DNA of 49,703 bases, filler included. It is 13 parts of 13 records of this genome, joined end to end, with 100 filler letters (N's around TTAATTAATTAA, not from the genome) between each part and the next. Parts side by side here need not be neighbours in the genome. Positions count along the whole stretch, not along the records: positions 45,392 to 49,703 come from SRR15195285_31371; 12 more parts are not named here. One strand, 5' to 3'. A model generated the notes under the pieces. That model saw only the letters and a program-made list of their open reading frames with translations. It was not told the origin of the DNA and did not search any database. Of this stretch, positions 45,292 to 49,703 are shown piece after piece (position 1 is the stretch's first letter; each line of letters begins with the position of its first letter). The position numbers and the translations under genes were made by a program.

Positions 45292-45391
45292 NNNNNNNNN
45301 NNNNNNNNNNNNNNNNNNNNNNNNNNNNNNNNNNNTTAATTAATTAANNNNNNNNNNNNNNNNNNNNNNNNNNNNNNNNNNNNNNNNNNNN
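45292..45391. other. Artificial contig spacer
   Basis: N44-TTAATTAATTAA-N44. Confidence 0.99.
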
Positions 45392-45618
45392 AAATTACGC
45401 CCGAAATTAGTATGTAGTTGACTGCTCGTGGTGCTGCATGGCCGGCGCCGGCCGCTACTAGGCGCTAGACGATCGTCGTCTGCTGGCGGACGGCGTTGAC
45501 CAACAACAGATGCACGTGCGCGCGCGATAGGGAGAGGATAGAGACACGAAACATCACGGGGCGCGGTCGTGCGCGCTGCAACGTAACCTGCGTCAAGATG
45601 ATCTGCGCGGACCGGAAA

Positions 45619-47592
45619 ATGGTGGCGAACCGCCTTCTGCTTGTAGCTCTGCTCCTGCTCGTCGCCTCTGGGCGGCGGCTAGCCCTAGCCGGGTTCGTAC
45701 TGCTCGAGCCGGAGGACTTCAAGCCGCTCTTTCATGACGTCAAGCTCGGAGCTAGCTCCCCCGCTGACCAGGGGCCTTTGAACGAGCCGGCGTTTGAGTG
45801 GGCCAGAGCAAATGTGCCCTTCTTTGAGTCCAGCGATAAGGACATCGAGGCTGCATTCGCCTTCCGCTGGCGCGCGTTCTACACGCACATCATTCCCACC
45901 AACGTCACAACCAACCCATGGGTCATCTCCGAGTGCTTCAGCCCCACCATTCCCGGGCGCTGCAACTGGGGCGCACCGACAGGCACGATCAACGCCGCTG
46001 CAGGCCACCACATTCGTGAGGGGCGCTGGATCCGCGACCCACACTACATGGACAGCTACATACGCTTTTGGTACGGCGTGGGCAATGGCGAGGGCATGGG
46101 CGGCAAGTCTGCGTACTCTGATTGGATTGCACACGCTGCCTGGGCACGTGCGGAAGTCTCTGGTGATTCCGCCTTGTTCCTGCAGACGGATCCCCTGAAG
46201 CTTGGGACGCCAGCGGGAAATATCACGTTGCTGGAGCACATGGTCGAGTATTTCGAGAGTCACGAACAGAACAGCCGCGTGGACCTCATCAACCTGCAGA
46301 AAGGCGTTCCAAATTCTGACAATTACCCACACTGCTACTATAAGCCAGATGGCTTTGATGCAATGGAAGGCAGCATTTCTGGCAACGGGTGTCGCCCTAG
46401 CAACAACGCCATGTTTTATGGCAATGCCCTCGCCCTTTCCAAGATTGCCAGGGCCGTAGGCAACACGACGCTAGCCGAGGAATGGGCGGCGCGCGCGGCT
46501 GACATCCGCAAGATGTATCTGCAGCTGCTGTGGAATGAGGAGCTGGACTTTTTCGCGGTGTACAAAGATGGTAGTCCAGCACGAGCGGGGCAGCACAACG
46601 CCACCAACGGACTGCCATTCGGCTTCCCGAATGATGTGTGTGGTGTGCCACCAGGACATGCTCCCCCGAACCCACCCAACCACTGCAACGCGAGCAACAA
46701 TCGAGATGACATGACAGGCTGCTGGCGATACCGCACCCCAGGCTGTCCACCGAGCACATCGTGGCACAACGAAGAATACAACACGAACCGCTCCTGGGCT
46801 TGCAACACAACTGTCGGTGTTCGAGAGCTGCTCGGCTTGGGACCCCCGTGGTATTTCGGCGTGCCGCCACAAACCGCGGAAATGGACAAGTACCTGAAGT
46901 CGTGGGAGCAGCTATTCGACGAACAGGGATTCCAGGCAGAATGGGGGCCTACAACGGCTGAGCAGCGCCATCGCTGCTTCAATTTCACTCATTCTACGCA
47001 CGAGTGCAACTGGGCAGGCCCTAGCTGGCCCTACGAGACGAGCCGCGTGATGACAGGCCTATCGAATTTGCTCAATGATTACCCACAGCAATCGACCCTC
47101 GATGGCTCACACTACATGCAGTTGCTCAGGCAATACGCACGCGCCCACACCAAATCGCACGCTGCGAATGCAAGTTCTCCATACATCGGTGAGAATATCG
47201 AGCCCCATGACGGCTACTGGGTAGCACGCCAAATCATGTACGGAGACCAACCAATCAGCCATGGTGGTTTTGCCAGTTATGCCAGCGCAACTGACGACAA
47301 AGACAGGAGCGTGGACTATAACCATTCGACTTTCGCAGATCTGATCATCGAAGGCTTGGTGGGGCTGCGGGCGATGATAGGCTCGATGCTGAACATCAAC
47401 CCACTTGCAAGTGGGCTTAAATACTTTGCTCTCGACAACGTCTTTTACCACAACCACAGCATCAGTGTGGCCTTCGATGAGGATGGAAGCCGTCACTACA
47501 AAGGCTGCGCCAAGGGCCTGTGCGTTTTTGTCGACGGAGAACTACGCGCCTCTAGCCCCGATCTCAGACAATTAAATGTTACGCTCGACTGA
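45619..47592 (+). CDS. Secreted MGH1-like (alpha/alpha)6-barrel glycoside hydrolase
   Basis: Signal peptide MVANRLLLVALLLLVA; NVPFFE, AAGHHIREGRWIRD, DAMEGSISG..RPSNN, RELLG..PWYF, CNWAGPSWPYETS, DYNHSTFADLII; no introns. Confidence 0.85.
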   Translation: MVANRLLLVALLLLVASGRRLALAGFVLLEPEDFKPLFHDVKLGASSPADQGPLNEPAFEWARANVPFFESSDKDIEAAFAFRWRAFYTHIIPTNVTTNPWVISECFSPTIPGRCNWGAPTGTINAAAGHHIREGRWIRDPHYMDSYIRFWYGVGNGEGMGGKSAYSDWIAHAAWARAEVSGDSALFLQTDPLKLGTPAGNITLLEHMVEYFESHEQNSRVDLINLQKGVPNSDNYPHCYYKPDGFDAMEGSISGNGCRPSNNAMFYGNALALSKIARAVGNTTLAEEWAARAADIRKMYLQLLWNEELDFFAVYKDGSPARAGQHNATNGLPFGFPNDVCGVPPGHAPPNPPNHCNASNNRDDMTGCWRYRTPGCPPSTSWHNEEYNTNRSWACNTTVGVRELLGLGPPWYFGVPPQTAEMDKYLKSWEQLFDEQGFQAEWGPTTAEQRHRCFNFTHSTHECNWAGPSWPYETSRVMTGLSNLLNDYPQQSTLDGSHYMQLLRQYARAHTKSHAANASSPYIGENIEPHDGYWVARQIMYGDQPISHGGFASYASATDDKDRSVDYNHSTFADLIIEGLVGLRAMIGSMLNINPLASGLKYFALDNVFYHNHSISVAFDEDGSRHYKGCAKGLCVFVDGELRASSPDLRQLNVTLD

Positions 47593-48138
47593 AGCAGCGG
47601 CTCTCGCGTGGGTCTAAAAAGCACTCTACAGCAACACGAACACGGTCGTGACACAACTGCGACTGTGCGCATTAATGAACAGGCAAAATGCACTAACCAA
47701 GCAGTTGTAGATCGAGTTGTCACACGTCTACCGGCCTCGACTTCGATCCCACCACTGCCTGTGACCCGGCGGATTCACAAACAGCCAGTATCCTTTTCGC
47801 ATGTGCGACTTTGGTGGCCACTAGAGCAGCGATGACAACAAGGATTGCCGTAGTGCACACTGCGCTGCAACTTGAAGGGCACGCAAACGCTGCATAGTGT
47901 AGAAGGAAGGTGCCCAGGTAATCCCGGCCACGGAGAGACATTTTGTCCACGGTCGAATGCTTGTTTTTAGCTCCTTTACATTGTGCGGATGGGACATCTT
48001 TCATAGCTGCCATCGTCACAAACGAGTGTACTACAGCGTGTAAGCCTTGCATCGTACCACACCCAGAACGTGTGCATCCACCATCCACACCCTAGCACCC
48101 ATCCACCTCTGCACATCCGCAAGTCCCCAGCCGCCCCA

Positions 48139-49027
48139 TCATTTGCCGGGCAAGGGGGCAATGCTCTTTTTCTTGCAGTATGCGTCGGCATCAGCTTGCG
48201 TTAGTGCGTAGCCCCAGTGCTGCAGCGACTGGCGAATGACGGGGGAGACGGATGGATCGTCGAAAGCCTTGCCAGCCGCAGAGCATTTTCCGATCAGCTG
48301 GTTGCGAAACCGCCCTTTGGGTCCCATCACTCCGAGCGCCCGGGCTATCTGGCGCTCGTCATCGGTGCTGCGCCGCCCAAGGTAGAACCTACAGTACCAC
48401 TGAAACCAACCGTACGGGTCCACCGGAGAGATCCCTGCAGACGGCACGCGACGCCAGAATCAGACACACAGTGTGAGATCGATTCGCGCAGCGTTGCAGC
48501 GACGCTATGGATAACGTAGGATGCGCACAGCCGGACGATTCCCACATGTCGAGCGTGCCTCCGCACTTGACCTTGTACTTGTTCACGTCGACATCGTAGC
48601 TCTTCCAAGCCCGTGTCACCTGCTTCTTGATGTCCAGCCCTTCGAACCAGCTCGCGGGAAACTCCTTGTAGGCGTCCGTCTCGCGTTCGCCGGTCGTCCC
48701 CGAGTCAATGGGGCGGAAGTAAGTCCCCCCAAAGCTACCGAGCTGCATGACCTCTGCCGGAGTCAGATTTGGGCGGAGCTCTGGATGGTCAGCGAAGACA
48801 AGCTCGCCTTTCTTGTTGCGCTTCGGAAGCGGCTGTGTGCCCGGCAGGACCTCGCCAGGCGGGCCCTTCTTTGCCGGTCCCGACCGGTAACTCGGCGCGC
48901 CGCCCAGCTCCCGCTGCGCGCTGGTCATCTTCGAAGTGGACGATTTCGCGGCGGGTGCAGCTTTCTTCGGGCGCACCGACCGCCGAGCGGCGGCAGCGCC
49001 GGCGGCGACGGCGGATCGCTTCGGCAT
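48139..49027 (-). CDS. Conserved uncharacterised protein (PNLTP..GSFGGTYFR / DPYGWFQWYCRF family; 2 exons)
   Basis: Exons 49027-48529 and 48434-48139 (intron GTGCGC..CTGCAG restores WESSG-W-ISPVDPYGWFQWYCRFYLGRRSTDDERQI). Confidence 0.88.
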
Positions 49028-49264
49028 CGTCTCAGCCTCACGATAGCGGACGGTACAGTACAACTGTCGGCCACCACCCACACCAGCCCGGCGCCGACAG
49101 AAGCGACCGAAGCGGACCGTGCGGCGCGACCCAGAGAATTCGCCTCGTAGTCTCTACAGCCCCAAACCACAGGGTATGAGACTGTGTCGGCGATATCCCA
49201 GTGACTGAGGGATCAGACTGACTGCGGCGATGAGACACTACACACAGAGAGCTAAACAGCAGGG

Positions 49265-49372
49265 AGACGCACACGCACGCACACACGCTCGCACGCACGC
49301 AGCCGCACCCACCCACCCACAGTGCCACACAGACAGACAGACAAACAAACAGAGAGACAGACAGACAGAGCG
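49265..49372. repeat. Compound microsatellite (GCAC)n / (CCCA)n / (ACAG)n
   Basis: acgcacgcacacacgc..acccacccac..agacagacag. Confidence 0.85.
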
Positions 49373-49703
49373 AGCTGAGCAGTCTACTCACGGGACACTG
49401 GCAAAGCTGTGGTGTGCCTGCGTGTTGCAGCGTCGCCGGTGGCGTACGGTCGACGTACGATCGTACGTAGGGCGGCCGGCCTGATCCAGGGCGACCTGCT
49501 GCTGGCTACACCTGCGTATCGTACTAGAAATGAATATAATGGGATCCTTAGATTATCAAAGACGTCTTACGATGAATGCATGAATGGCAGTGTGATGAAT
49601 GGTTCTGTGTGGCCCAGGATTGTTCTTGCATGCGACTCGAGCGAGGGTGGAATCGTCCTCACGGTGAGGCTCGGGCCCCCTCCATGTTGCAGAATCACCA
49701 TTT

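Noticed and set aside
3611-45391. Regularly recurring TTAATTAATTAA motif flanked by Ns
   Set aside because: Artificial six-frame-stop linker joining contigs, not a biological repeat or CRISPR array. ORFs ending in XXXX/LIN are artefacts of it.
1-49703. Apparent gene cluster of signalling and catabolic genes
   Set aside because: The genes lie on 13 independently assembled contigs, so no operon or cluster inference is valid across spacers.
1-49703. tRNA, rRNA or other structured RNA genes
   Set aside because: None recognised. A covariance-model search (tRNAscan-SE, Infernal/Rfam) would be needed to exclude them.

Overview
This window is not one locus. It is 13 unrelated short contigs (about 3.1-4.6 kb) joined by artificial 100-nt spacers (N44-TTAATTAATTAA-N44), so adjacency across a spacer means nothing. 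The DNA is eukaryotic, GC-rich and gene-dense, with short GT-AG introns (donors often GTGCG, GTAAG or GTACG; CTAAC/CTGAC branch points). It is most consistent with a metagenome-assembled or single-cell genome of a protist, and I cannot assign the lineage. I reconstructed about 20 gene models by hand. They include two PhyH-type Fe/2OG oxygenases, an IPT-SPRY-EF-hand protein, a large split-SPRY protein, a bacterial-type ceramidase-like enzyme, a Cys-rich type I membrane protein, a SAPS/PP6R-like protein, a qRRM fragment, a gustatory-receptor-like (7TMIC) protein, a SAM-kinase-TIR-TM receptor, a DUF350-repeat membrane protein, a Ser/Thr kinase, a PKG-like pseudokinase, a sedolisin, a FOXRED2-like flavoprotein and an MGH1-like glycoside hydrolase. 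The most notable observations are the membrane-anchored SAM-kinase-TIR receptor, one contig bounded by a perfect 30-bp inverted repeat, an acylated cyclic-nucleotide-domain pseudokinase, HxG (halogenase-like) motifs in both PhyH proteins, a Polinton-type DNA polymerase relic, perfect-palindrome clusters upstream of most genes, and repeated insertion of domains inside other domains. All family assignments come from motif recognition by eye, not database searches.
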